A stretch of 36,739 bases of DNA from a virus (lineage: Duplodnaviria > Caudoviricetes). The notes under the pieces are model-generated. The model saw nothing but the letters and a program-made list of their open reading frames with translations, searched no databases and was not told the DNA's origin. Shown one piece after another: positions 17,944-27,273 of this stretch (position 1 is the first letter of the stretch; every line of letters begins with the position of its first letter). Made by a program: the position numbers and the translations under genes. Location: positions 1-36,739 of IMG/VR virus record IMGVR_UViG_3300037785_000045; one strand, given 5' to 3'.

Positions 17944-17946
17944 GAG

Positions 17947-18123
17947 TTATTTAGGTTTTTTTATTGGCTTCGGGAATTGCGTATCCTCAATAATGCTTTC
18001 GGGGATTTGCCATGCGTTGACGTGCTGGCACTGGATATCGTTTATCTGCGATTTTATATCGGTGACCATCACAATGATGAATGTGCAAAGCGCCCATGTA
18101 GATGTAATTAAAAAATCGTTCAT
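17947..18123 (-). CDS. Small membrane-anchored protein, 58 aa (not in ORF track)
   Basis: MNDFLITSTWALCTFIIVMV...FPKPIKKPK*; TGATG overlap with the upstream stop. Confidence 0.55.
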   Translation of the reverse strand: MNDFLITSTWALCTFIIVMVTDIKSQINDIQCQHVNAWQIPESIIEDTQFPKPIKKPK

Positions 18124-18719
18124 CACTCACCTTCTTTCTGCTTATGCTTAGCAACCATTAAATCCCACTCTTCTCGTAAAATCTCTTTAAGACCTTCTGG
18201 CAAGGTATGTGATTTTTTTGAAGTAACAGTATAGCCATTAATTTCTCGCAAGCGCACATAATGCTTAACATCTGGAACAATAAGCAAAAGAGGGCTTTCT
18301 TTGCTAAAAAAGCATATTTGGATTGGATTAAATGGATTACCAATACAACACCCTCCTTTTCCATGCTCTCCTTCATATTCCAGAGAAAGAACAGCATCAA
18401 TTACGCCATCAATGAACTCTGAAACAACAGGAGAAGCAGGAGAAGTTTCCAACTTTTCCAACCACTCTTTATTTTTTTTGAACGGCTCAACATATCCATA
18501 TTTATTAGGCTTTTTAAAGTTTTCAGGAACCTTTCCTTTTTCAAATTTTAAAGAAAAAAATCTTCCGTCATGACACGTTTGACCGCTGGTAGCTCCACAA
18601 TTTTCAAGAAAAGCCCTAGCTGCACTATGATACTCTATGTGTGCCTTGCGATATTTTTCAGCAACTTCTAATGCTTCGCCGCTTTCTATTAAATAATGTT
18701 TGTTTTTAAATTGCATCAC
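18123..18719 (-). CDS. Hypothetical protein (possibly Eac-like)
   Basis: 198-aa ORF coupled to its neighbours; the family call is tentative. Confidence 0.6.
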   Translation of the reverse strand: MMQFKNKHYLIESGEALEVAEKYRKAHIEYHSAARAFLENCGATSGQTCHDGRFFSLKFEKGKVPENFKKPNKYGYVEPFKKNKEWLEKLETSPASPVVSEFIDGVIDAVLSLEYEGEHGKGGCCIGNPFNPIQICFFSKESPLLLIVPDVKHYVRLREINGYTVTSKKSHTLPEGLKEILREEWDLMVAKHKQKEGE

Positions 18720-19156
18720 TCACCGCCTTTCACAATATCAAGGTCATGCTCTGGGGCGCGGGTTAGGTTTTTCTTTTTGTAGCCTCTAAAATACGCGCAA
18801 GAAGAATCCTCTGTCATTACAGCGTATACCTCATTTGAAAAATCATGCGCGACAAAGTAAAATAATGTGCCATTAGAATTATGATTAAAAGCCATACCCT
18901 GCTTTGCTGTACTCCAATCAAAAGGCGCTTTCTCAATGCGAATGATGTCAAAGGGACTTACAAAATCTTCTGACCCATTTAAACTACCATCAGTATGGTA
19001 ACCCGTGAAATATGGGCAATTTCCCAGTCCTAGACCTATAGTTCCATCGTTATTCTCCACTTTGCAATAAACTTCTGTCTTAAATGTTCCTCTAAAGTGA
19101 ACGGTATCGCCATTTTCTAATGTTCTTAAATCAACTATATCTCCCATGTTATCCAT
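18716..19156 (-). CDS. Hypothetical protein
   Basis: 146-aa ORF in the operon. Confidence 0.6.
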   Translation of the reverse strand: MDNMGDIVDLRTLENGDTVHFRGTFKTEVYCKVENNDGTIGLGLGNCPYFTGYHTDGSLNGSEDFVSPFDIIRIEKAPFDWSTAKQGMAFNHNSNGTLFYFVAHDFSNEVYAVMTEDSSCAYFRGYKKKNLTRAPEHDLDIVKGGE

Positions 19157-19386
19157 CCTTCTTTGTAAAAATTCTCTGCTTGCTTTGACGTGTTGAACAT
19201 CTGCTTACTCACGCTTCCATCAACGTGCGCCACATACCACATCTGCGTATTTCCGCAAAATACAACATCAACCCATTCGTCAATCATTTCGTTGTATTTG
19301 ACTGGCGAATCCCCAATGCGGCTAACTCGAAGTTCCACATAACGCGGACATTGTATAGGGTTATTATTTGCTGGTCTGTTCTGCAT
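19135..19386 (-). CDS. Hypothetical protein
   Basis: AGGGG RBS; follows ssb. Confidence 0.55.
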   Translation of the reverse strand: MQNRPANNNPIQCPRYVELRVSRIGDSPVKYNEMIDEWVDVVFCGNTQMWYVAHVDGSVSKQMFNTSKQAENFYKEGWITWEI

Positions 19387-19398
19387 TTTAATACCCCC

Positions 19399-19824
19399 TT
19401 AGAACGGAATTTCATCGTCCATATCTCCACTTGATTGCTCACCAAAACCTCGCTGCTCTTGTGGTGCGCTGTCTTGTTTCTTGCTATCCAGCATATTAAA
19501 CGCGCAGTTAAAACCTTGAAGAACAACCTCGGTTGTGTATTTTTCTTCTCCACTTTGGTCAGTCCATTTACGTGTTTGAAGCTTTCCCTCAATGTAAACC
19601 TTTGATCCCTTTTTTGTGTATCGCTCGATGATATCAACCAGCTTCCCAAATACAACAACGCGATGCCACTCAGTCTTTTCTTTCTTCTCTCCAGTGTTCT
19701 TATCTTTCCAGCTTTCTGACGTTGCAACACTAAGGTTTGCCACTTTATCACCAGAGTTCATGGTGCGAATATCTGGGTCGTTGCCAAGGTTTCCAATTAA
19801 AATAACTTTATTTACACTACTCAT
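19399..19824 (-). CDS. ssb: Single-stranded DNA-binding protein
   Basis: '[14 protein letters not shown]', 'TEWHRVV', '[15 protein letters not shown]' and a 'DDEIPF' tail. Confidence 0.95.
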   Translation of the reverse strand: MSSVNKVILIGNLGNDPDIRTMNSGDKVANLSVATSESWKDKNTGEKKEKTEWHRVVVFGKLVDIIERYTKKGSKVYIEGKLQTRKWTDQSGEEKYTTEVVLQGFNCAFNMLDSKKQDSAPQEQRGFGEQSSGDMDDEIPF

Positions 19825-20038
19825 TTTCTTTTCCTTCTTTTGATAGGTTAATAATTAATTCTTTTGCGCCGATATATTCATAGTCCTTGACGCTTTTCAT
19901 ACCGTTCTCCCAATTCCAGTAACCGCGTGATGTCATTCCCAGCTTTTTCGCGACTTGCTCTTGAGAAAGGCCAAGCTCATTCCTTAGATCACGCAAGGCA
20001 CTACCATTGTGGTAGCTGTTCTTCTCCGTCTGGATCAT
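19817..20038 (-). CDS. XRE-family HTH protein
   Basis: '[23 protein letters not shown]....WENG'. Confidence 0.85.
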   Translation of the reverse strand: MIQTEKNSYHNGSALRDLRNELGLSQEQVAKKLGMTSRGYWNWENGMKSVKDYEYIGAKELIINLSKEGKENE

Positions 20039-20603
20039 CCTTTCCTCCTTCCGCTATAGATTTCCACTCCTCATGCTTGGATTGAATCGTTTTTCTCTCA
20101 TCGTTCGTGAGCGTTTCAAACCAATTCTTGTACTGCTCCATGCCGCCCATAGCTGCATCCGCACCTTCCTTGTGTAGATCTCTTGGCTTGTCGTCCTTAA
20201 CAGACTCAGTGAGAGGTAGAACAATATAGTCTTTCTTCATTCCCCTGCGTATTGTCAGGGGGCAAATCATTTTCTTTTTAATACCCGAAACATGGCTAGG
20301 CATAATCCCGCCAACCTTTTTCCCCGCATACATTATGTCAGGGTCACGAAACACTTTAACTAAACTGCCCGACCAAGATTCATAATCTTCTCCCCAGCAC
20401 ATAGTGAGTATCCGTCCTGCGGTTTTGCTTGGCTTCCAAGGTTTTTTATTATCACCCTTGTAATTGATAACAATCGGCTGTTCTGCTGTATCTTTAACAG
20501 TAACCTTTGTAATCTCAAGAACGCGATCCCCTGTAATTAAATCATCCGCATTAAGCTGGTCTGATTTTGCCTCAAGAACTTTTGATATTGGAACTTTACT
20601 CAT
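20001..20603 (-). CDS. Conserved phage protein, candidate single-strand annealing protein
   Basis: 'KSDQLNADDL' start; directly downstream of YqaJ exonuclease and upstream of ssb; acidic C-terminus ending 'LPQW'. Confidence 0.55.
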   Translation of the reverse strand: MSKVPISKVLEAKSDQLNADDLITGDRVLEITKVTVKDTAEQPIVINYKGDNKKPWKPSKTAGRILTMCWGEDYESWSGSLVKVFRDPDIMYAGKKVGGIMPSHVSGIKKKMICPLTIRRGMKKDYIVLPLTESVKDDKPRDLHKEGADAAMGGMEQYKNWFETLTNDERKTIQSKHEEWKSIAEGGKDDPDGEEQLPQW

Positions 20604-21254
20604 TTAATTATCCTCTCTTTTTTCAACGCATGGCGCTTCCAAATCGCCATATATACTAATGTATTCTTCAATCATTTGTTCAGCGATAACGCCAGCTTCA
20701 ATGATTGCTTCATGCACAACAGGGTCTGGATAAACCCTATAAACATAGAACTTAAAGCCCTCACAGTAAGAAACAAAGTCCAACCACTTGCGCTCCGTTG
20801 CAAGCAGTCCAGCTTGACATTGCAATAAATGCTTATCAGGCACGCCACCCTCACATATCGTCTTAAAGTGTTCTTTCTGTCTTGGACATTTTATTTCAAG
20901 CAAGCCATCCTCGCCAACAAACCTGTCGGGGCTATATCCCAATGTAAATCCATGCTTGCTGTTCTTAACGAATCCAATCTTCTCTGTTAAGGAATAGTGA
21001 AAGTCATAAAAGTCTGCCGCGAATTCCTCGTGAGCGCTACCACGTTCCATGTCGTATGACATAAACATAGGCTCAACACTCTGTGATACTCTTTGCGCCG
21101 CCAGTTCCCATATATAGGCTCTGGTTTTATCATTGTTGGCAACCTTTAAACTAGGTGTTACAAGCATACCAACATCGCTAGCGGTAATTATTCCGCATCG
21201 TGCATCAAACCACTCTTGAGTACCTTGCTCAAGGTCTTTAAATATTTCTATCAT
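20604..21254 (-). CDS. YqaJ / lambda-exonuclease family protein
   Basis: 'QGTQEWFDARCG.ITAS', 'M.RG...E', 'SPD', 'EIKCP' and 'QCQ' motifs. Confidence 0.9.
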   Translation of the reverse strand: MIEIFKDLEQGTQEWFDARCGIITASDVGMLVTPSLKVANNDKTRAYIWELAAQRVSQSVEPMFMSYDMERGSAHEEFAADFYDFHYSLTEKIGFVKNSKHGFTLGYSPDRFVGEDGLLEIKCPRQKEHFKTICEGGVPDKHLLQCQAGLLATERKWLDFVSYCEGFKFYVYRVYPDPVVHEAIIEAGVIAEQMIEEYISIYGDLEAPCVEKREDN

Positions 21255-21262
21255 TGTTTTTC

Positions 21263-21589
21263 CTATAGATATAATTTAGGGTCACGAAAAGATTGCTCGT
21301 GCCTTGCTTGTTGCTGAGCATCAATACGAGCTTCTCTGTGCGCGTTGTTATATTCAATCTCTAACTCTAGCTTTATGTGAGAAAGTGACATAAACTCATG
21401 GTCAACACGAAGAAACATAGCGTGAAGCATATCATGTGCTTGTGCCTCAAACTCGATTTCATAATCATCTGATAACACATCAACGTATGATGGGCGCAGG
21501 TGCTCATCAAAGCACACTGTAATAACAACATCACAATCAGCCTTCATTACAGCTTTGTTTTTTTCTAAGTCAACAGATATTTCTTTCAT
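21263..21589 (-). CDS. Hypothetical protein
   Basis: AGGGG RBS; first gene after a promoter. Confidence 0.6.
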   Translation of the reverse strand: MKEISVDLEKNKAVMKADCDVVITVCFDEHLRPSYVDVLSDDYEIEFEAQAHDMLHAMFLRVDHEFMSLSHIKLELEIEYNNAHREARIDAQQQARHEQSFRDPKLYL

Positions 21590-21619
21590 TACTGAACCCC
21601 TTTTGTCTGAACCAAGGAT

Positions 21620-21648
21620 AGAATAATTCTTCTTGAACTATTCGTCAA
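21620..21648 (-). promoter_or_regulatory. Sigma70-type promoter for the recombination operon
   Basis: TTGACG-17 nt-TATTCT. Confidence 0.7.
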
Positions 21649-21961
21649 TACCTAAAATATATTTTTTTATATCTTCTTTACACCTTGCAACAAAACCTAT
21701 GCCGCCCATCTCGTTGACAATGCGGATAAAATTCTTCTGCTCTTTTGTTACCCTACCCTGTGGCCTCTTTACCTCAACCGCTAAAAAGCGCCCCTTGTAT
21801 ATCCCTATTATGTCTGAACTCCCAACACACAAGCCATAGCGAACATACCGTCCCTCAGCTTTATACGCGCCTGTATTGTTTCTCCAGCAAATCGCGCCTA
21901 TAGACGACAATTCTTTCATGCACTCATTGACTATCGCTGTTTCCACCTTCTGACTACACAT
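21638..21961 (-). CDS. VRR-NUC domain nuclease (Holliday junction resolvase-like)
   Basis: 'WRNNTG', 'GSSDIIG', 'AVEVK' and 'EQ..F' motifs; GGAGG RBS before the ATG at 21961. Confidence 0.9.
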   Translation of the reverse strand: MCSQKVETAIVNECMKELSSIGAICWRNNTGAYKAEGRYVRYGLCVGSSDIIGIYKGRFLAVEVKRPQGRVTKEQKNFIRIVNEMGGIGFVARCKEDIKKYILGIDE

Positions 21962-22113
21962 ATACAACCCTCCTGATTCACAATCTTAACATGCTCATTG
22001 GTTAGATTGTTAGTATAGCAGTATTGTTTGGCCTGTTCTATGGCGGTATCATCAGCAGGACAGCACGCCCAAAGCACAAAACCATCTCTGTATTTCAGTA
22101 AGCCCTCAAACAC
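21931..22113 (-). CDS. Hypothetical protein
   Basis: GTG start abutting the helicase stop. Confidence 0.5.
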   Translation of the reverse strand: MFEGLLKYRDGFVLWACCPADDTAIEQAKQYCYTNNLTNEHVKIVNQEGCICVVRRWKQR

Positions 22114-23508
22114 TTATAGCAAGCCCTTCTTTTTCGCCATGACATACGCCCATCCCTTCGAGTAACCGCGCTCCTCACCAATGCGTTTCAAGTCCTGATA
22201 GCTTTTCGCCATACCAACTTCCATACGCTTGGATTTCTTCTCTTGCCTTTCGATTTCCTTTATTTCCTCAAGCTCCCCATCAACCTGCTTTATCTCTCTG
22301 GATTTTACAGGATATACATGCCCGCAATTAGGACACACAGGGGCAGGGTCGTGGCAGAAATAACATTTGGTGCATTGCCTTACTGGCGACTGTCTTTCCC
22401 CTTCTGACCGCCTCCTCTTTGGCTTGCTGTCTAAACTCCATTCCCTATCAGCATCAGGCATACCATGACGATACGCATTCCCCACATGGTCAAATATAAG
22501 CGCTGGCATATCCTTTTTCCTCAGCGCTCTCCCCCATTTCTGTAGTTGCTTGGGGTCGCTCTTGGTTGGAGCAAGGTCTGACATGCACTCAACCGTTATG
22601 TCTTTTCCAACCTGAGCAGATAAATCAAACCCAAACGTCATTATGTCAACGCTTGTTATCTGTAAAATCTCTCTATTCGCAAGCCTATTTATTACCTCAA
22701 ACCTTGAATCAGCGCTCATCGTTCCATCAAGGTGGCACGCAGGGATACCAGCCTGACAATACGCCATCGCTGTTTTTTTACTCTCAATAATACTGCTGCA
22801 AAACGTAAGGCCAATCTTACCTAGTGCGTGTTTCTTATACGTTGAAACGCAATCGCCAATCGCAACGTCACCATTCTCATCAAACCATTCCTGCAACGCA
22901 CCCTTGTTATAATCTCCTGCGGTGGTCTTAACCCCTGTAAATCCATTATCACTAGGCGCAAACATCTTAAACTCTGAAAGTCTCTTGGCGGCGATTAATT
23001 CTTTTATGGTAGGGCCAAGCACCATATCATCAAACCACCTGCCCATTCCCTCACCATTCATGCGTTTGGGAGTAGCAGATAATCCAATGATATATGATCC
23101 CGCCGCGCTCAACCATTCAATCAGCGTGTCCATATATCCAGCGCCATAGTGACACTCATCAATAACCGCAAGCTTCGGTGGCCTCAGCCCATCTATTCTT
23201 CTTGGCAAGGTCTGTAAGCTACATATCTGGTTGTCCATCATCGCTCTAAACGGATTGCCAGCCGCAACGTAGCTATATGGCAGGGCAAAATCATCGTACG
23301 TTCCTGCTGTTTGCTTAACCAACTCACGCCGAGGCACAACAAACCATGTCGTTGAACCCTTCTCGTTGGCATCCTGCAATATCTTAGTCGCCATAATGGT
23401 CTTACCGCTGCCAGTAGCAGACTGCATCAACACACGCTTGTTACCGCGTGACATTGATTCTCTTACGCCTGATACCAAGCGCTGCTGATCGTCAAATAAC
23501 GTAATCAT
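22114..23508 (-). CDS. SF2 DEAD/DEAH-type helicase with C-terminal Zn finger
   Basis: 'ATGSGKT', 'DECH', 'SATP', 'Q..GR.LR' and 'CTKC...CPNCG'. Confidence 0.92.
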   Translation of the reverse strand: MITLFDDQQRLVSGVRESMSRGNKRVLMQSATGSGKTIMATKILQDANEKGSTTWFVVPRRELVKQTAGTYDDFALPYSYVAAGNPFRAMMDNQICSLQTLPRRIDGLRPPKLAVIDECHYGAGYMDTLIEWLSAAGSYIIGLSATPKRMNGEGMGRWFDDMVLGPTIKELIAAKRLSEFKMFAPSDNGFTGVKTTAGDYNKGALQEWFDENGDVAIGDCVSTYKKHALGKIGLTFCSSIIESKKTAMAYCQAGIPACHLDGTMSADSRFEVINRLANREILQITSVDIMTFGFDLSAQVGKDITVECMSDLAPTKSDPKQLQKWGRALRKKDMPALIFDHVGNAYRHGMPDADREWSLDSKPKRRRSEGERQSPVRQCTKCYFCHDPAPVCPNCGHVYPVKSREIKQVDGELEEIKEIERQEKKSKRMEVGMAKSYQDLKRIGEERGYSKGWAYVMAKKKGLL

Positions 23509-23516
23509 GCTGAACC

Positions 23517-25838
23517 CTATTTCTTCTTAACCCATTTCCTTACTGTTTTATTCAAGAACGGATCGTGTTTCGTCTTAGAGTCATATCCAAGCTGCCTCAT
23601 CACATCGCCAATATCTCGCTTGTCTTTGGCTGTCCATCGTTCTCTCGCTTTATGCAAACAATCCTTGAGAATCTCATCTGTCGAAACCTCGAGCTTGCCC
23701 AAAACGAACTCACTTATCGTATCGTGCCATACATGACCATCAAATCGTGCGCTTTGCTCTGCTTGTGCTTTCTTATAAACTGGATCATCCTCTGGTATAT
23801 AGTGAGGCTCATTAGACTTGGCTCTATAAACCGCCTCAGCCCATAGCTGTGGTGTTGCCTCTTTTAATCCTTTAAGGTCAATCAAATCTCCCACCTTTAC
23901 AGGCCAAAATCTGCGTCCCCCTGTAGGGTCATTCATCCACTCGCTGTCATTGGTCGATCCCGCAAGAACAAACTGCCGTGGCAATCGAACAATCTCGTTG
24001 CTAAACTTAGGCTGCATTTCGTCTTCTTCCATCGTGATCCATGCCTTGACCTTGTTGCGGTCTTTCATGCTCAGGCCACTCAACTCAGCAAACTCAACAA
24101 TGATTCTGCCCTTTAAGAACTGCGCCAAGTACGGACTGCCAATCATCTCAAATCCAATGTTATCTGTAAAGAACGAACGATTGTCTAGCGTCCCCAACGT
24201 CCTAAGCGCCGACGATTTACCAGCCGCTTGCTCACCCTCTAGCACAAGCATGTGGTGAAACGGCGTTCCTGCCTTGTAAATCCTTTTGGCGGCAGCAATC
24301 ATCCAGCACGCACCAACGCGCTTAACATATTCTCTGTCCTGAGACACAGCACCACAATAATCAATGAGCCATGTATCGAGGCGCTCTTGACCATCCCACT
24401 GCAAGCGATCAAACATCTCTCTTAGCGGATGAATAGATAATTTACTGGCTACACTTCGCATAACATTACGCATTTCAGTGTTGCTTGCTATGTGAATCTC
24501 TCTTAAAGATAAAACCGCCCTTAGCTGCGTCATATCAACATCGCGGACATCTCTCCACTCAAACGTATTGGGATCGTCCCACGGCAACGGCTTGATAATA
24601 CGCTCTGTCTGCTCAAACTCATCATAAACAAACGTCCCTCTCCATAACGGTGAGTATGACAAATAAATATCCGCGTTGTGTATGCTAAACTTTTTATCGA
24701 GCGTACTTCCAGCGACATTATCCTTCCATCGGATATGCTCTGAATAGTTTTTCTCTGTTATGGTAACGTGCTTGCGACCAAGCGCCTCAATAGGGCTGTA
24801 TTCTTCTGTAGGCTCCGTCACCAAGTCAGGGATGCTCTGTGAGGTGGGTTCAGCACTTGGGGAGGCATCGCTCTGACTTGGCTCTGGATTCACTATGCGT
24901 GACAACTCATCTTTTAACGCATCCTTACCATATAAACAACCAAAATCATCCCAATCTGTCGGTCTTTTTTCAAAGTCACTTTCCTCAAACTCAGGAATCG
25001 CAATAATCCCACCAACTTCTAGCGCTGCTTGCCGCCCCTTCTCAACACCTGTGTTCACCCATTTCTTATTGTCAGGCCAATTATCCTTAGGGAACTGGTC
25101 ATTATCAGCCAAAACCACTATTTTACTATCGGGATATGAATCGCGCAAGTTTTTACAGACAGGCTTTAAATTTCCAGCATCAAACGCCACAAACACTGGA
25201 TATCCTGTCGCATCCCTTACTTTCTTTCCTGTCGCATACCCCTCAGATACACAAATAACCTCGGTATATTCTCCTACGGTCTTTAATGGGCAAAAATTAC
25301 CCTTAACTGCACCGCCCTTGTGATAATACTTACTTCCATCCTCATATATACGCTGAACACTCGCAACCCCGCGCGATGCAGGATTGAAGAACGGAATAAC
25401 CAAGCACTTATCCTCTGGATCATATCTGCACTGCTCTGGCTCTATTTCTTTCTTCTGTAAATAAGGAAAATCCTTGGGCGCTTCTGGCAACTTCACATAC
25501 CATGACGTTAATTGCTTCTCAACGCGCTGATACTCTTCTCGCTCCTCACGCTCCATTTTCTTCTTGGCCTTCGCTAACCATTCCTCATCTTGTCTATGGC
25601 GCTCATAATCAACCTCTTTTCCTTCCCAACTTTTCCAGGTCTGGAATCCCATAGGGTCTTTGTCGCTTCCATAAATACCAAGCGCCCTGTCACCATCTAT
25701 GATTAAACGGTAGCGTCCACTGTCACGCTTTTCGCCGTTATACAGCAAACGACCCCACTTGCTTCCAGTGTCACCAACAATCGGCTTGACAGGCTCATAT
25801 CCCGAAGCGCGCAAAACACCCAAAAACTCATTAATCAT
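23517..25838 (-). CDS. Primase-helicase: TOPRIM domain fused to a VirE/VapE-type P-loop helicase
   Basis: 'SEGYATG', 'AFDAGNL', 'ADND', 'DWDD'; 'GEQAAGKS', 'EFAEL', 'GSTN', 'DPTGGRRFWPV'. Confidence 0.9.
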   Translation of the reverse strand: MINEFLGVLRASGYEPVKPIVGDTGSKWGRLLYNGEKRDSGRYRLIIDGDRALGIYGSDKDPMGFQTWKSWEGKEVDYERHRQDEEWLAKAKKKMEREEREEYQRVEKQLTSWYVKLPEAPKDFPYLQKKEIEPEQCRYDPEDKCLVIPFFNPASRGVASVQRIYEDGSKYYHKGGAVKGNFCPLKTVGEYTEVICVSEGYATGKKVRDATGYPVFVAFDAGNLKPVCKNLRDSYPDSKIVVLADNDQFPKDNWPDNKKWVNTGVEKGRQAALEVGGIIAIPEFEESDFEKRPTDWDDFGCLYGKDALKDELSRIVNPEPSQSDASPSAEPTSQSIPDLVTEPTEEYSPIEALGRKHVTITEKNYSEHIRWKDNVAGSTLDKKFSIHNADIYLSYSPLWRGTFVYDEFEQTERIIKPLPWDDPNTFEWRDVRDVDMTQLRAVLSLREIHIASNTEMRNVMRSVASKLSIHPLREMFDRLQWDGQERLDTWLIDYCGAVSQDREYVKRVGACWMIAAAKRIYKAGTPFHHMLVLEGEQAAGKSSALRTLGTLDNRSFFTDNIGFEMIGSPYLAQFLKGRIIVEFAELSGLSMKDRNKVKAWITMEEDEMQPKFSNEIVRLPRQFVLAGSTNDSEWMNDPTGGRRFWPVKVGDLIDLKGLKEATPQLWAEAVYRAKSNEPHYIPEDDPVYKKAQAEQSARFDGHVWHDTISEFVLGKLEVSTDEILKDCLHKARERWTAKDKRDIGDVMRQLGYDSKTKHDPFLNKTVRKWVKKK

Positions 25839-26166
25839 TTAACCCATCCCCAAACAAACATTCTTCCTTAGCGCTCACTTTCGGCTTATCATCTTTTATC
25901 GGCTTATTAAACCACTCTCTGTTATATCCCCATGTGCTTAAATATTCTAGGTCAAGTTTTAATCCATGTTCGCTTGTCATGTAATATTTGTGCGTCATGG
26001 TTTCTTCCGTGTCCATGTCAGGCTTGCATCCTTGCTCATCCTTCCGCGCCCTGTCAACAACGGCAGCGATCACCATCAAGCAATCGTGCCAATCCAATGG
26101 CGCGCTCCAAACTGGATCGTCCTCTGCATACGGAACAAAATCAGGATTTTTTGTACTTCTCACCAT
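25831..26166 (-). CDS. Hypothetical protein
   Basis: GGGGAG RBS before the ATG at 26166 (MVRSTKN); overlaps the primase start. Confidence 0.6.
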   Translation of the reverse strand: MVRSTKNPDFVPYAEDDPVWSAPLDWHDCLMVIAAVVDRARKDEQGCKPDMDTEETMTHKYYMTSEHGLKLDLEYLSTWGYNREWFNKPIKDDKPKVSAKEECLFGDGLND

Positions 26167-26319
26167 GTCAATATTCTCCCCAATGACTATTTTACTGAAC
26201 CACGAACATTTTAGGCAGATTTTTTCAAAAGTGTAAAGCCCTATTTTAATTCGCCTACCACTACTTATTTTCGTAAAATCGCAAGTCATGCCAGTAGATT
26301 GACATAAAAATATTAACAG

Positions 26320-26336
26320 CATAATAGAATATTATG
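26320..26336. promoter_or_regulatory. Palindromic site CATAATA-N3-TATTATG (copy 1)
   Basis: Perfect 7-bp arms; the same arms occur at 35440-35456. Confidence 0.5.
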
Positions 26337-26351
26337 TGCATGAATTCGCAT

Positions 26352-26382
26352 AAAAAAATACCCCTAGCGCAAAACCAGGGGC
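26352..26382 (-). terminator. Rho-independent terminator after the serine recombinase
   Basis: GCCCCTGG-TTTTGCG-CTAGGGGT followed by ATTTTTTT on the - strand. Confidence 0.75.
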
Positions 26383-26406
26383 AGAGTTGGAAAGAAAACT
26401 TTTACA

Positions 26407-26958
26407 TTATGGCGATTCTTTTAAGGCTCTATACACGCTTGCCCTCGATATATTAAGCGCATGGCTTATGTATGTAGGGGTTAAGCCTTGTTCTTTCATG
26501 GCGATAATCTTGGGCGCTATGTCGTGAATGATTGCCTTGCGCCCTTTATATTTCCCTTCACGCTTGGCTTTCTCTATCCCTGCCTTTTGACGTTCAAGCA
26601 TTATTTCGCGTTCAAACTGCGCTATACTCATAAGCACATTAAGGATCAATTCGCCCGTTGCGCTGCTAGTGTCTATATTCATATCCAAAACACGAACATA
26701 TGCGCCCTTGGCTTTTATTTCCTGCACGATATCACACATATGACTAACCGAACGCGCTATGCGGTCAAGCTTTGTGGCTATCAGCGTGTCACCTTCCCTT
26801 AAGTATTCAATCGCCGCTTTTAACTGCGCGCGCTCATCAACGCTTGAAACTTGCTCTTTAAATATCTTATCGCAGCCAAGCGCTTGCAATTCCTTAATCT
26901 GTTTTTCAATCCCTGCACATTGCTTAAGCGTGCTTGTTCTTGCATAACCTATAATCAT
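26407..26958 (-). CDS. Small serine recombinase (resolvase/invertase family) with C-terminal HTH
   Basis: 'IGYARTST..Q', 'GDTL...KLDR.ARS', 'AQFERE...ER...G', 'Y.GRK' and 'L.ISRASVYR'. Confidence 0.95.
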   Translation of the reverse strand: MIIGYARTSTLKQCAGIEKQIKELQALGCDKIFKEQVSSVDERAQLKAAIEYLREGDTLIATKLDRIARSVSHMCDIVQEIKAKGAYVRVLDMNIDTSSATGELILNVLMSIAQFEREIMLERQKAGIEKAKREGKYKGRKAIIHDIAPKIIAMKEQGLTPTYISHALNISRASVYRALKESP

Positions 26959-27028
26959 TTTTACTCTTTCCTTATGTTAAACGCATATGCAAGCGGCGCC
27001 AAGTGAATAACGCCGCTTTGATATGGGT

Positions 27029-27250
27029 TTAAACTTTTCCAGCCTTATATATTTTTTTAGGCTCAATGTTTTTCATCCAGCGCTTAGCGTGTTCAATCGT
27101 CACCCCTTCAAACATACCCTTGCTTGGTGCAGTTAAAATACGTGTCATGCCCGTTGAACGTTCAATCAATTCTAGCCACCAACCACCTTGCGAGGGCTTC
27201 ATATATTCAAGGCGTAGTGTGTAAGTGTCGTTTTGTTCAAGTGTTTTCAT
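27029..27250 (-). CDS. Hypothetical early protein
   Basis: AAGGAAAG RBS before the ATG at 27250 (MKTLEQ). Confidence 0.6.
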   Translation of the reverse strand: MKTLEQNDTYTLRLEYMKPSQGGWWLELIERSTGMTRILTAPSKGMFEGVTIEHAKRWMKNIEPKKIYKAGKV

Positions 27251-27273
27251 TGTTTCTTTCCTTGTTTTGTTGT

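Noticed and set aside
26167-26322. N-terminal extension of ORF 25831..26322
   Set aside because: AT-rich regulatory-looking sequence; a good RBS precedes the ATG at 26166.
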